From Macrostomum lignano (taxonomy: Eukaryota), in assembly GCA_002269645.1 (NCBI GenBank), contig NIVC01002452.1, positions 1-64,000 on the forward strand: DNA of 64,000 nt, given 5' to 3'. This document shows, in pieces, positions 11,101 to 22,107 of the stretch. Position 1 is the first letter of the stretch. Every line of letters begins with the position of its first letter. The notes under the pieces were generated by a model, which saw nothing but the letters and a program-made list of their open reading frames with translations, had not been told where the DNA came from and did not search any database. Position numbers and translations under genes: made by a program.

Positions 11101-14100
11101 GCCAGCCTCCAAGATCCCCAGTTGCTGGGCCGGCCGGCCAGATACCAGTTGCTGGGCCTGCCTCTCAGGTCCTTAGTTGCTGGGCCAGCCTCCCAGACTC
11201 CCAGTTTCTAAGTCTGACGCTGTTCCAGATGGTCATAGCTGCTCCGTCATCAGCCGCTCACCTGTGGCAGATGCGATGCGAATGCATATAATTGATAGCT
11301 CGCAGAAGCTGGTAGGCAAAGATTCGCACTTTGAGCATGGAAGGCAAAGTCTCAGCTTTCCTGTATCTTGCCAGCAAGTCTAACAGACTCTCCGGGAAGA
11401 GCTCAGTAACCAGGTGCAAATAGAGCTTCGGGCTCTTGATGTCCCTTGGGAAGGAAAGTAATCCGGTTCCAAGACACTATAATGCTGCAGTCACGTGTTA
11501 GGCCTTGTTTTTAAGGCCTAACGCCAGCCCCACATGTCCCCATTTTTTTCTGGGCCAGCTTCCCAGATCCTCAGTTGCTGGGCCAGCCTCCCAGATTCCC
11601 AGTTGCTGGGCCTGCCTCACAGGTCCTCAGTTGCTGGGCCAGCATCCCAGATCTCCAGTTGCTGGGCCAGCCGGCCAGATCCCCAGTTGCTGGGCCAGCA
11701 TCCCAGATCCGGCCAGATACCAGTTGCTGGGCCTGCCTCTCAGGTCCTTAGTTGCTGGGCCAGCCTCCCAGACTCCCAGTTTCTAAGTCTGACGCTGTTC
11801 CAGATGGTCATAGCTGCTCCGTCATCAGCCGCTCACCTGTGGCAGATGCGATGCGAATGCATATAATTGATAGCTCGCAGAAGCTGGTAGGCAAAGATTC
11901 GCACTTTGAGCATGGAAGGCAAAGTCTCAGCTTTCCTGTATCTTGCCAGCAAGTCTAACAGACTCTCCGGGAAGAGCTCAGTAACCAGGTGCAAATAGAG
12001 CTTGCCCGGGTCCATCTTGCCCCGGCAGTAGTAGTGGTAGCGCAGTCGCACCAGATTCTCGTGCTCACCAAGTGCGTACAGAGTGCGCAGTTCCCGATTT
12101 TTGTAGCGCGGATCCTGCAGCACCCGCTTGAGAGCCACCGACTCGCCTGACTCGGACAGGCGGCCTCGGTACACGGAGCCGAACGTGCCGGATGCGATTG
12201 GCCCCTTGATGAATGAAGTTTAGAGCGCCTGCGCTATATGGTGATGCAGTTACTCGTAATACCAGGCGCCAAACGATCGTATTCCATTTTATTTTATTTT
12301 ATCCAATTCAAATTGGCGCCAAACACTGGGACTGCTAAATTGTCGTTTATAGTATTCCGAAAACAAAACACAATTAAAAAACTTTAAAAACAAACACAAT
12401 TAATAAAATATTTAGCTGTGTTAACTGCTTAACGATTGTTTATTTAACAATACCGTTTTGGCGCCAAATTTGAACTAGATTGAATTTTAACGAACGCCAA
12501 AACGAGAAAAATTCCATTTTTTAGAAAGTACAGAAGAAAATTGAGTCTCTAGTTAACAGGGGTCAGCAAACTCCGGCCCGCTCAGTGCTTATATCTCTTC
12601 TCAGCGCTCTTCTATCTAATCTCCTCTCTCCTCTCCTCTCCTCTACTCTACTTTACTCTCTCCCTTCTCCTCTGCTCTCCTCTCCTCTCCTCTCCTCTCC
12701 TCTCCTCTCCTCTCCTCTCCTCTCCTCTCCTCTCCTCTCCTCTCCTCTCCTCTCATCTCATCTTAACTTCTTTCATCTCCTCTCATATCCTCTCATCTTC
12801 TATCATCCCATCTCCTCTCCTCTCCTCTCCTCTCCTTTCCTCTACTTTACTCTCTCCCTTCTCCTTTCCTCTCCTCTCCTCTCTCCTCTTCTCTCCTCTC
12901 CCAATTCATCTCTTCTTGTTCTTTCCTCTCGTCTTCTCTTTTCTCGTTTATTCCCTCGCTTCAAGCCTCTTTCTCCCTATCTCCCTCTTCTTCTTTATTC
13001 CCTCCTTCTCTTCCCTCCTCCGGCCCGCAGTTTTGACCTAGGTTCTCTATTTGGCCCTTGTGGTAAAAACGTTGGCCGACCTCCGCTCTAGTATTTCATG
13101 TCGTTATTCAGGCAGTTTTACGCATTGTAAATGCACAACTCGACTCAATGCGAAATCGTACACTACTCGTACATGCAAGTCGCTTACCGTAGACACAGTC
13201 AGTTCAATTTGTCTATAAGACTGTCTCTGGATCGGATCAAAAGCCGGACAAGCCATGACGGAAACTTGCAACTGTTTTTTTTGTCGGCTGTGCGACGAGC
13301 GCGTCTTCTCGCCGTCGAATTGGTCGTCATAGCTGATTAAGGACATTTCTTGCTTCTTGTTTGCGAGTCCCAAGTCTTGGTTCAACAAAAAAGTGCCTAT
13401 TTAACTTCGATTTGGTTCAGCAGGCATTCTATTGAAGCCAATTGTTGGGTCCTGGCGTAGAATTTTATAACTTTGGGGTGCTTGGGTTTGGGGGGTTTGT
13501 TTTGGGTTTTATGACCCCCCTTCCTCAAACACCCATTTATAGTGAATGTACAATGCAATGTACATTTAGAAATAGCTTCTTAGTACATCTCGTCTAACAA
13601 GTTTTTCTGTACAGTTTTCACGTTGATTGAATGTAAATTTCTTTGTAATTAATTATCTGCAATACCTCACCAGAGCAGAGCTTGCTGCCTAGTCAGTTTT
13701 ACATCAATTTTGAAAACCCCCTCTGAGTCTGTCATTGGAATACAGACTGCTACAAACTATACATGTACAATAGTTTAACTGAAGTGAACTGAAGTTTTTT
13801 TTAAGTGCCACTTGGTCTGGTTTTTCACTGGACAGACAATACGAGCGTTGTTTTGCGATGTAAAAGTGAAAGTCAAATGGTTATTTTGGTTGATGCTGCT
13901 CGGCAGGGAAGAGCAAAAGGTCGCGGCTCCCGACCGGTACTGGCCCCGGGTCGCCCACCATCACTAAACCTGAAAAATCACAACTCCGAAAAGCATTGTT
14001 CATCATAGGCTCGATATATCATAGCACCGAAAGTGCTAGCGGGTTTGTCGTTTGTGATATTTCGGGTTTTTGATATTTCGGGTTTTTGATATTTCGGGTT

Positions 14101-14962
14101 TTTGATATTTCGGGTTTGTGATATTCCGAATTTGTGATGCCCTCTGGCCCATTCTACGAGTCGTATGTCACCTCCAAAGACGCAGCCTCTGCATTGATAA
14201 TAATTTTTTTAAGAAACAATTTTTTATTTCCTTTTTTTTAAATCGCAGACAATCCGCAGCCTCGCCGACGTGTGTCGCGACCGCGACACTCAACTAATCG
14301 ACATGGAGGAGCGAGCCGAGGCCGGCGACTCCGTGCAGTCCGAGCACAGCCTGCTCGGCGCCCAGGCCGAGTCACAGTCCCAGGAGTTAGTTGCTATGCG
14401 CACCGAGACATCCAACCAGCTAACCGAACTGGACCGCCTGGCCGAGCTGGCCCGCCAGACCGCGCGCATCCACAGGCGGTTCCAGCGCCTGCTGCGCCAG
14501 TCGGAACGCGCCGTGTCTGACGCATTTTCAACTTTAACGCCGGACGAAGAGATGACAGAAGCTGAGGCGGTCATACTCCGTCGCAAAATGTTGGTGAGCC
14601 TGCTGGAACTGCTGCACATGGCGGCCAGGGTCGGCCTGGGCCCCGAACCGGCCAGTCTCGGCCGCGCTGGCCAGCCGGGCACGGTTGAGCGGAAACCGTT
14701 GCGAGCGTCGTCAGCTTCCGGCGGTGCGCCTTCGTCCGCTGGCAAACGCGGCAGCGGCGGCGGCCTGGTCAGCGAGCGCCTCAGCGAACTCGGCCTGGCC
14801 CCGGCAGCCGCCGCCACAAAGCGCAGCGGCGGAGGTGGCGGTGGCGTCTCCTCCCGGACGGAGTTCGTGGCCGAGAAGCTGGCCACCCAGCTGCCGCCAG
14901 GCGGCCTGCTGGAGCCGCTGATCCTGCGCCGCGGCCGTCCAGTGCCCGCTGGCATCTTCTAG
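8111..14962 (+). CDS. CFAP157: Cilia- and flagella-associated protein 157; exons 8111-8555, 8936-9357, 14249-14962 (526 aa)
   Basis: Lys-rich N-terminus, long coiled coil, EMVEKVNDVASEFRKVSNRQMAETTRKTIEEN motif; GT-AG junctions phase-compatible (1, 0); total 1581 nt divisible by 3. Confidence 0.8.
8600..8830. repeat. Degenerate about 24-bp repeats with GGCGCC core in CFAP157 intron 1 (MITE-like subterminal repeats)
   Basis: ttttggcgccctc(t/g)tgaaattcat repeated; similar motif inside the MITE at 43492-43843. Confidence 0.55.
9540..9800. repeat. 19-bp minisatellite (agtcaaattggtcactg[tt/ac/at])
   Basis: About 13 tandem units in CFAP157 intron 2. Confidence 0.9.
10047..12204 (-). CDS. GSK3/shaggy-like Ser/Thr kinase nested in CFAP157 intron 2; exons about 12204-11837, [11444-11262 duplicated cassette], 10683-10047; 5' end unresolved
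   Basis: GTFGSVY, VALKRVLQDPRYKNREL, HR|DIKSPN, LCDFGSAK, AYISSRYYRAPELLFG, IDLWSVGCVLAEL, GTPT...MNP.Y..FP.PQV, ALAHPFFDELR; splice CAC AG|gt ... aag|G GAC restores HRD. Confidence 0.85.
10789..11206. repeat. 28-bp minisatellite family array in GSK3-like intron (copy 1)
   Basis: (gctgggccagcctcccagatcc[c/t]cagtt)n. Confidence 0.9.
11550..11781. repeat. 28-bp minisatellite family array in GSK3-like intron (copy 2, shorter)
   Basis: Same unit, fewer copies. Confidence 0.9.
12557..13085 (-). mobile_element. hAT-like MITE, copy B, with internal CT-rich tract
   Basis: Left caggggtcagcaaac, right gttggccgacctccg (imperfect TIR); subterminal arm matches copy A; CT tract about 12590-13020. Confidence 0.65.
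14056..14135. repeat. 16-bp tandem repeat (gatatttcgggttttt)
   Basis: 4-5 units. Confidence 0.8.
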
Positions 14963-15909
14963 AGGAAGGACTACAGTAGATGGGCTTCTCGTTTAATTTT
15001 CTTGCAAAAAGCGCTTAGTCTACTTTCTTTTGGGCATATGAGCGCGCATGGCTATCTAAATTTATCTGAATTCTCCGTTAGAATTTCAAATTTCAGTAAG
15101 AGAAGAAAAGAAACAGATAAAGAGGCTGGATAAATTAACCGACTTGATGTCGTTGTCGTCACAATGTACATTTTGAGGAAGACAATAAATTGGGGGTAGT
15201 TTTTTATTTCACCTCAGCGCGCAAATTTATTTAACAAGACGCCAAACAGACGCCCAAATCGAAAGTAGTATTTTCTATTATTTGGCCTTGATGACTAAAT
15301 TCCAACTGTAACACACTTCAATCCTGTTTGCTCCATTGTTTCCAATGGTTTTCTTTTCATTTTTTTACAAAACTCTTAGACCTCCCGTCTCTCCGTGTGT
15401 CCGTCACGTTTCATTTTGCTTGCTTTTTTGTCGACTTGTCCAAATGGGCCTTTTTTATTTTGTTATTTTCGTGTGAAAAAATTCAAAAGTAACGAATTTG
15501 CTTGCGTCACTAAAATCAAGAGTGGAGGCTGTTACGCGTATATATTCTACCGTATTTTGTTTTCGTATTTTTTACTCCGTCCTTTCTAACTATATTACTT
15601 CTATCATTCCGTTAGGTAGTATGTACGGTATGATGCAGATGTATACTTTAATGTGCTTGTCAGAGAGAGAACTGCCACATTCAAGCAGATTTCAAACTAT
15701 AATTTGTCAATAATTTTGGGTTTTAAATGTCGGAAGCACCACCAGGTATAATAACTACAGTTTGCCTCACTGAAATGAATACTTCATTCACTTTAATCAC
15801 TGTCACGGAAGAATATAGCTGCATGCATGGATGAGGCCCTGGAATATAATGGGAACACGATAACTGGCTGTGGCAATTTGATTGCTCCAAATTAACTGAT
15901 AAACATAAT

Positions 15910-16140
15910 AACCCTAACCTAAACCTTATCCTAAACTTGAGTTTATAAAACTCAACCTTAACTAAAGCCCTCAGCCCTAACCTAAAACCCGAACCCCAGC
16001 CCAAACCCCAACGCTAAACAAAAACCTAGCCCTAACCTAAAACCCGAACCCCAGCCTAAACCCCAACGCTAAACAAAAACCTAGCCCTAACCTAAAACCC
16101 AAACCCCAGCCTAAACCCCAACGCTCACCCTACTAACCTA
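15910..16140. repeat. Telomere-like CCCTAA-rich tandem repeat (about 57-bp unit)
   Basis: agccctaacctaaaacccgaaccccagcc... in about 3 copies plus degenerate ccctaa. Confidence 0.7.
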
Positions 16141-16261
16141 AAGTGTCAATTGTCGTGGACCCAAAAATAATTTGTTTGCGTAATATCTATAATGGCGAAT
16201 TACTTTTAGGCAGCCTAATTTTATTGACTCATTAATTTCTCTAATTTATCAATCTATAGAT

Positions 16262-17167
16262 TTATGACGCGGACAGAAAGTTGGTGTTAATCAAGTAGTG
16301 CTCGTAGCAGCAGGCCCTGACGATGCCCGACAGGCCTTCAAAGAATACCGACTGCGGATTCCTGTGCGAGTGCCAGACGCGAAAGCCGAGATCAAAGAGG
16401 CGCCGCCACACTCGCAGAAATTTCGCATAGTCCGAGCCTTGGCCGCGCATCTCGGCAGTGTGAGACTCGAAAATCAGCTGCTTGACCCGCCTCAGGCAGC
16501 CTTCACTGATGGCCCGGTCAAGACTGTCCCACTCCCAGTATTCGATGTCCACTTTGACGATGTCCACTTTGCCGTCACTGAAGCCGAGATCCACGAACAG
16601 CTCGCACAGTGTGCGCATCCTCCAGCCTGAGCTCCCCTCGCTGCTCTTGTTGCCCCAGAGGCCCACCTGGTAGAACCAGGCGGACCGGCTTCGCTGGTGA
16701 TCCGGCACCGGCATGCTTGGGTCGAACATGTACACCTTGCAGCCGAACCGGCCCGACAGCTCGTCGTCGTAGCTCCAGACGTTGTTGATGCCGAACGAGA
16801 ACGCCACGCAGGACTTGCCGATGTTGAAGGGCTCGCTGATGCAGACATCCCAGCCTCCATCCAGAGCGTCTCCAACTCGGACACTGGTTGGACAGGCGAT
16901 CTGTAGCTCGTCAGTCACGTTGAAGTAAAGATTCTCAAGCTCAACAGCAGACAGCTGATTTAAGTTTATATTGCTTAGCGCGTGACCTTTGTGCCACCTC
17001 GGGGTCGGAGCTGCAGCTTTCGACTGGCCAACATTAATGTTTCCAATTCCTGCGATTCTGTGACTAATAGGAAAGTTGTTGAATATGCGAATGACAGCGA
17101 CTGACAGAAGCAGCAGCAGCACTATTGCTGCAGAGAACAGCAACTGAAAGCGTTGCACCAGAGGCAT
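16262..17167 (-). CDS. Methyltransferase-like protein 24 family (Methyltransf_22), intronless, N-terminal membrane anchor
   Basis: DGGWDVC, SFGINNVWSYD, CKVYMFDPS, DIVKVDIEYWEW, VKQLIFESH, CCYE motifs; hydrophobic segment after ATG at 17167 (ORF-track start 17221 is TTG). Confidence 0.8.
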   Translation of the reverse strand: MPLVQRFQLLFSAAIVLLLLLSVAVIRIFNNFPISHRIAGIGNINVGQSKAAAPTPRWHKGHALSNINLNQLSAVELENLYFNVTDELQIACPTSVRVGDALDGGWDVCISEPFNIGKSCVAFSFGINNVWSYDDELSGRFGCKVYMFDPSMPVPDHQRSRSAWFYQVGLWGNKSSEGSSGWRMRTLCELFVDLGFSDGKVDIVKVDIEYWEWDSLDRAISEGCLRRVKQLIFESHTAEMRGQGSDYAKFLRVWRRLFDLGFRVWHSHRNPQSVFFEGLSGIVRACCYEHYLINTNFLSAS

Positions 17168-17624
17168 TTTCGAGTGAATGATAAATTTCAAAGAAAGCTT
17201 TCCGAATGATGCACTATTCAATCGAACGTATTTGTAGTGAACAGGACTTGGATTTTTTCACCTTGTTTATTCAGGCAACGTGGTATCCCCAGAGCCTATA
17301 ATGACCTGAAACCAAATCCCTTCTCAAACCCGATCCATTTACGAGCTAAATTGAAAATTGAATAAATAAGATCGCAAATGAATTGTCAGTGGTACAGCTG
17401 AGAATATAATCGTTAGAATCCTGCTTCTTCTTTTGACTTTTGCCGTTTCAACGTAAGCGATATGGCGCCTGAGTATGTAACGTGAACAGAGTATTGGAAT
17501 TACGAGCATAGTACTCGTAGTAGCAGTCTATACGGTATATTCTGCACTGGATTATTTGAAGTAATGGATTTTAGATTTAGACGGCAAACTTTCCAAGGAC
17601 ACAGGGCACTAACTTAGGCAACAG

Positions 17625-18885
17625 ACTAGCTATCTGAGAGGACATGACCTCAGACAAATTTATGCAACAGGCTATCTGAGGACATGACCTGAGAGACAAA
17701 TTTATGCTACAGGCTATCTGAGGACATGACCTGAGAGACAAATTTATGCTACAGGCTATCTGAGGACATGACCTGAGAGACAAATTTATGCTACAGGCTA
17801 TCTGAGGACATGACCTGAGAGACAAATTTATGCTACAGGCTATCTGAGGACATGACCTGAGAGACAAATTTATGCTACAGGCTATCTGAGGACATGACCT
17901 GAGAGACAAATTTATGCTACAGGCTATCTGAGGACATGACCTGAGAGACAAATTTATGCTACAGGCTATCTGAGGACATGACCTGAGAGACAAATTTATG
18001 CTACAGGCTATCTGAGGACATGACCTGAGAGACAAATTTATGCTACAGGCTATCTGAGGACATGACCTGAGAGACAAATTTATGCTACAGGCTATCTGAG
18101 GACAAGCTACGAATTTGTCACCTACTTTCACAAGCGCTAAACTTTACTAACGCTAAACTTCACAACCGCTAAAACACAAATGTCGCCTACTTTCACAAGC
18201 GCTAAACTTTACTAACGCTAAACTTCACAACCGCTAAAACACAAATGTCGCCTACTTTCACAAGCGCTAAACTTCACAAGCGCAAAACTTCACAAACGCT
18301 AAGCACGAATGTCGTCTATTTTCACAAGCGCTAAAATAGTATATTAGTATATTAGTATAGTATATTAGTATAGTATATTAGTATATATAGTAAATTAACA
18401 TTTTAGCGCTTGTAAAAGAAGCCGACATTCGCGTTTTGGGGATTGTAAAGGTTAGCGTTTGTGAAGTTTAGCGCTTGTGAAAGTAGGCGACATTTGTGTT
18501 TTAGCGGTTGTGAGGTTTAGCGTTTGTGAAGTTTAGCGCTTGTGAAAGTAGGCGACATTTGTGTTTTAGCGGTTGTGAGGTTTAGCGTTTGTGAAGTTTA
18601 GCGCTTGTGAAAGTAGGTGACAAATTCGTAGCTAATTTGAAATATGCTAATTTGTATGAAGTTTTGCGCTTGTGAAGTTTAGCGCTTGTGAAAGTAGGTG
18701 ATTTCGCTATTCTGAAGTTTAGCGTTTGTGAAGTTTAGCGCTTGCGAAAGTAGGTGAGTTAGCGCTTATGAAAATTAGCGCTTGTGAAGCCTCCCCGACA
18801 AATTTATGCAACAGGCTATCTGCATGAGGACATGACCTCAGACAAATTTATGCAACAGGCTATCTGAGGACATGACCTCAGACAA
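17625..18885. repeat. 42-bp minisatellite (gctatctgaggacatgacctgagagacaaatttatgctacag) interrupted at 18105-18795
   Basis: About 11 units before and 2 units after the inserted foldback element. Confidence 0.9.
18105..18795. mobile_element. Foldback/palindromic MITE, left end truncated
   Basis: agctacgaatttgtcacctactttcacaagcgctaaac (18105) inverted at about 18595-18633; modular gtttagcgcttgtgaa repeats; AT-rich centre. Confidence 0.75.
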
Positions 18886-19316
18886 CCAATTTAGTCAATA
18901 AATTTTGTCAGAAAAAATATTTGAAGACACGGAAAAGCAAATGAAAGTGCGAACTTACGCTCGTAGCAACCGAAATGGCTGCTGCTTTTCAAATTATCCG
19001 AATTCTACAACTCTTCTAAAATTTTGCTACATGTATCTTCAGCCAACTCGTCCAGCGACATCGTCCTACAACCAGCGCTGAGGCATTCCGCCCATTCCGC
19101 TGAGTCCTGCTGAGCACACTTACAAGCGCGCCATGCACTGTACGCAGGCGCACTCATTCACACACACAGACAGCGGCCCTGACTTTCTAATCATTAGTAG
19201 GCATGAACATTCTCTTCGCCTTGAATTTGTTAATCGCAAGATATCCCTTACCACTGAGCGGCTCTGCCCCTGTCAAATGGGGTTTTACCGTAGACAATAC
19301 GAGTAGTAATAATACT

Positions 19317-19415
19317 ATAATTGATTACACCTGCCCAATTAGTTGCAGGGCCAGATGTGCAACCAACAGCTCAGCTGCAGCTATTGCGCAGCGCATCTTG
19401 AAGGCTGCGTACACT
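19317..19415 (-). mobile_element. 3' fragment of the CORE-SINE family
   Basis: ataattgattacacctgccc...gatgtgcaacc.acagctcagc matches the tails of the 25726 and 43960 copies. Confidence 0.7.
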
Positions 19416-20140
19416 GTCACAATCTAAGGCCTTGATTTCACTGTACATATATGAAGGTGATCTGACACATTATTATATACATGTATTTATAGAGCTATTA
19501 TCTGTATGGAGTACATGTGAAATAATGCAACGCAAAGCATTATTAGATTTTGCAATAAAACATAGACGAATCAGGAGACGCGGTGATACGCTTCTGAGAA
19601 AGCGCTGCAGCTGTCTTTCGCTAAATTCTCCTCATGGAATCTGTGCCTTACAATCGCGGCTGATGAAGAGCGCGCGTGTCTCAATAATTCAGATTCTTAG
19701 AAATCATTTGTCTACAATATTTTTTTAGATTATACATGCATGACCGCATTTTTTGCATTTTGCAATTTTTGTTGTGAGTACAGCCGAAATAAGCTGTATA
19801 TGTACATGCCTTATGTATATGTTCTTTGCCCACAGGTGAGTTAATCGGCCAAAGTGGCGACAAAGGACCACTAGACTTTCCGGAATGACTTCTACATGTA
19901 GGGTGGTCCTTGATGGCGGCGACCAAATGGACATATCGAAGAAAAGAAAGTTGATGGCTCCATGTAGAGATTTTTTATTCGGGACTATATACTGCACATT
20001 TAATCGAAAACGAATGCAGCAAACAAATAAGGGGCTCCAAACGGTGCAGCTGGCTCCGTAGTAGCATACTATATAGCTTAGAGTAGCTTAGATTAGAGAC
20101 TATATAACTTATCCATTATAGCTGCTAATATATATGTACA

Positions 20141-22107
20141 TGTTTACATTGTAACATGTACATGTACATAATTTTCAGTCAGGCTGCAGTTTTTTGTTTT
20201 AGATCCGGTACTTAGATCCACCGTACTTATATTTATTCAGCGTTTTCTCTTGTCGAAAATCCCGTAACTATACCTACATGAAATATTATAACGGTATGAT
20301 GGGTTCGGCCTTTTTAAGCCTGTAGCTTCGGGCCTCAGAACTCAGAAATTAATCACTTAGAACTCTGGCCTCTCACTCCTGTCAGATGATCAGCCCCATG
20401 GTAGCTAGATTGTGGGCGAGCAGCAAGGTTCTATAGCTTGGAGAAGACAGCGAGAGACAAGCAGGGAGAATTTGAAAGGTAGAAATTAGCTAAACCCGCG
20501 GATTAACTAACCCGCTGCCACCAGTCCGTGCGCCCCGGCTCACCAAACCGGAGCTATCGAAATCGGACTTCCGACTAGAGGGGCACTGCACTTACCTGCC
20601 ATCTAGTGCCTTTTAGCTGTCCATCTCGAAGTCATAGCCGAATAGAAGGGACGCTGCTGGGACTAAGATCGCATTGGCCATGCAGGGACAGAGAGGACTT
20701 CTGCAGGGGGTTCTTGCGCTGGCGAGCCTCTATACACTACTAACTGTACTATTTCATTACCAAATTCCCAGAAGTACATGTATAAGTACACGCAACTGCA
20801 CGCTTTTGGCACTAAATGTGTTAACACGTCGACAGATAGCGATGATGTAGATGCATTGTCACTTTCGGAGATCTGTAGACTAATATTTAACTTACTTTAG
20901 CCGCTTAACTGCCTGTGACCGCGCCAAAGCGCCAGTCTGGCTCTTAGTTTGCATGCTTAACATAATGATTTCTTAGATCGACTGATCGACTGGGAACTGT
21001 GTCGCTTCCGGTCCACTGGGACCTCTGCCCCTAGATCTAGCCGCTCATCTCAGCTGGCATTGCGAAAAAGAAAGAAAACGCGAAGTCTTTAACTTTCAGA
21101 TTTAACTTTCTTACTTAATCCGCAATCCTAAACACCTTAGATTGAATTAGAGCAAATGGCTACTTTTAATATTAACTGACACTTCTGCCTCGCGATTGGC
21201 ACACAAAAGCAAGTAAGCAAAACCGCAAATCCTATCAGACTACCTAGGGAGGGGTCAGTCAAAGGGTGCACCCAGTTAAGCAGGTCAAGAAAGCCTCTCA
21301 CCAAACCAATCAGAGGGCCTATCTGCCGGTAGCCAAGGAATCCACAGAGACCGAAGCGCTCAGACGGGATGCTGCTGCTGATCTTGACTGACGATTGCCG
21401 CCGCTACTCTTCACTTGCCGAGGGAAAACTTAGCTGCTGAAGCCGAAACTGCCGGGGGAAGGGGGCTCAGATGCCGAAGGGGCAGCCGGAATCAGATACC
21501 AGCAAGTCCGGAAACCGCCCGAAGGGTCGGGGAAGCAGCAGGGAGGAGGTTACTCGAGCGCGGGTCGAGTTGCCGCCTTTTATAGCTCTCACGCGGCCGA
21601 TTTGTTATAACTCACGCTGAATTTTCCGATTGGCTGAGATCGAGCTTTTGTTAAAATAGGCGCCGAATTTTCTGATTGGTCGAGTCGGGGGCAGTCAGGT
21701 CGACTCTGATTGGCTGAGCTCAAGACCCCAAAACCTACCCCACCAGGTGGCCTTCAGACCCCAGGGAAGTTGACAGGCGCGGTCATAAATCATAAGCAAA
21801 ACATAATAAAAGTCACTTTGTCTAGACATCCTGGCGCCAAAAGTGACAGCAAAACGCCCATAAATTAAAGGAGAAAGCAACAGAGCGAGTGGGGAAAGCT
21901 GGAAAGACCTCTTTGACCCAGACAGGCTGGAGCCAAAAGTGACAGCTAGACGGCCATAAATCACCGAAAACAGTAAAAAAAGCCACAAATCTGGGGGTCA
22001 GAACGAGGTTGAAAACGTTCCTCCCAGACTTAGTGTCGCCTGTCTAGATTGTTGGAGGTCAATCCATCTCAAACCCAGACAGTCTGACCTTCAAAGGTGC
22101 GTAAACA
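20141..22107 (-). mobile_element. Candidate solo LTR / promoter-bearing element
   Basis: Higher-GC non-coding block bounded by tgtttac...gtaaaca inverted ends; on the minus strand three CCAAT boxes, TATAAAA (about 21585) and AATAAA (about 20237); no TSD found. Confidence 0.35.

Larger units (their letters stand above)
10666..12001. repeat. Tandem segmental duplication (copy 1 10666-11426, copy 2 11427-12001)
   Basis: Near-identical unique sequence; copies differ in minisatellite copy number and by one substitution (cccctttttttt vs ccccattttttt). Confidence 0.9.

Noticed and set aside
13104-13388. Short ORFs in CFAP157 intron 2
   Set aside because: No motif, no ATG context, no splice partners
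15910-16140. Interstitial telomere
   Set aside because: Degenerate higher-order unit, not pure (TTAGGG)n
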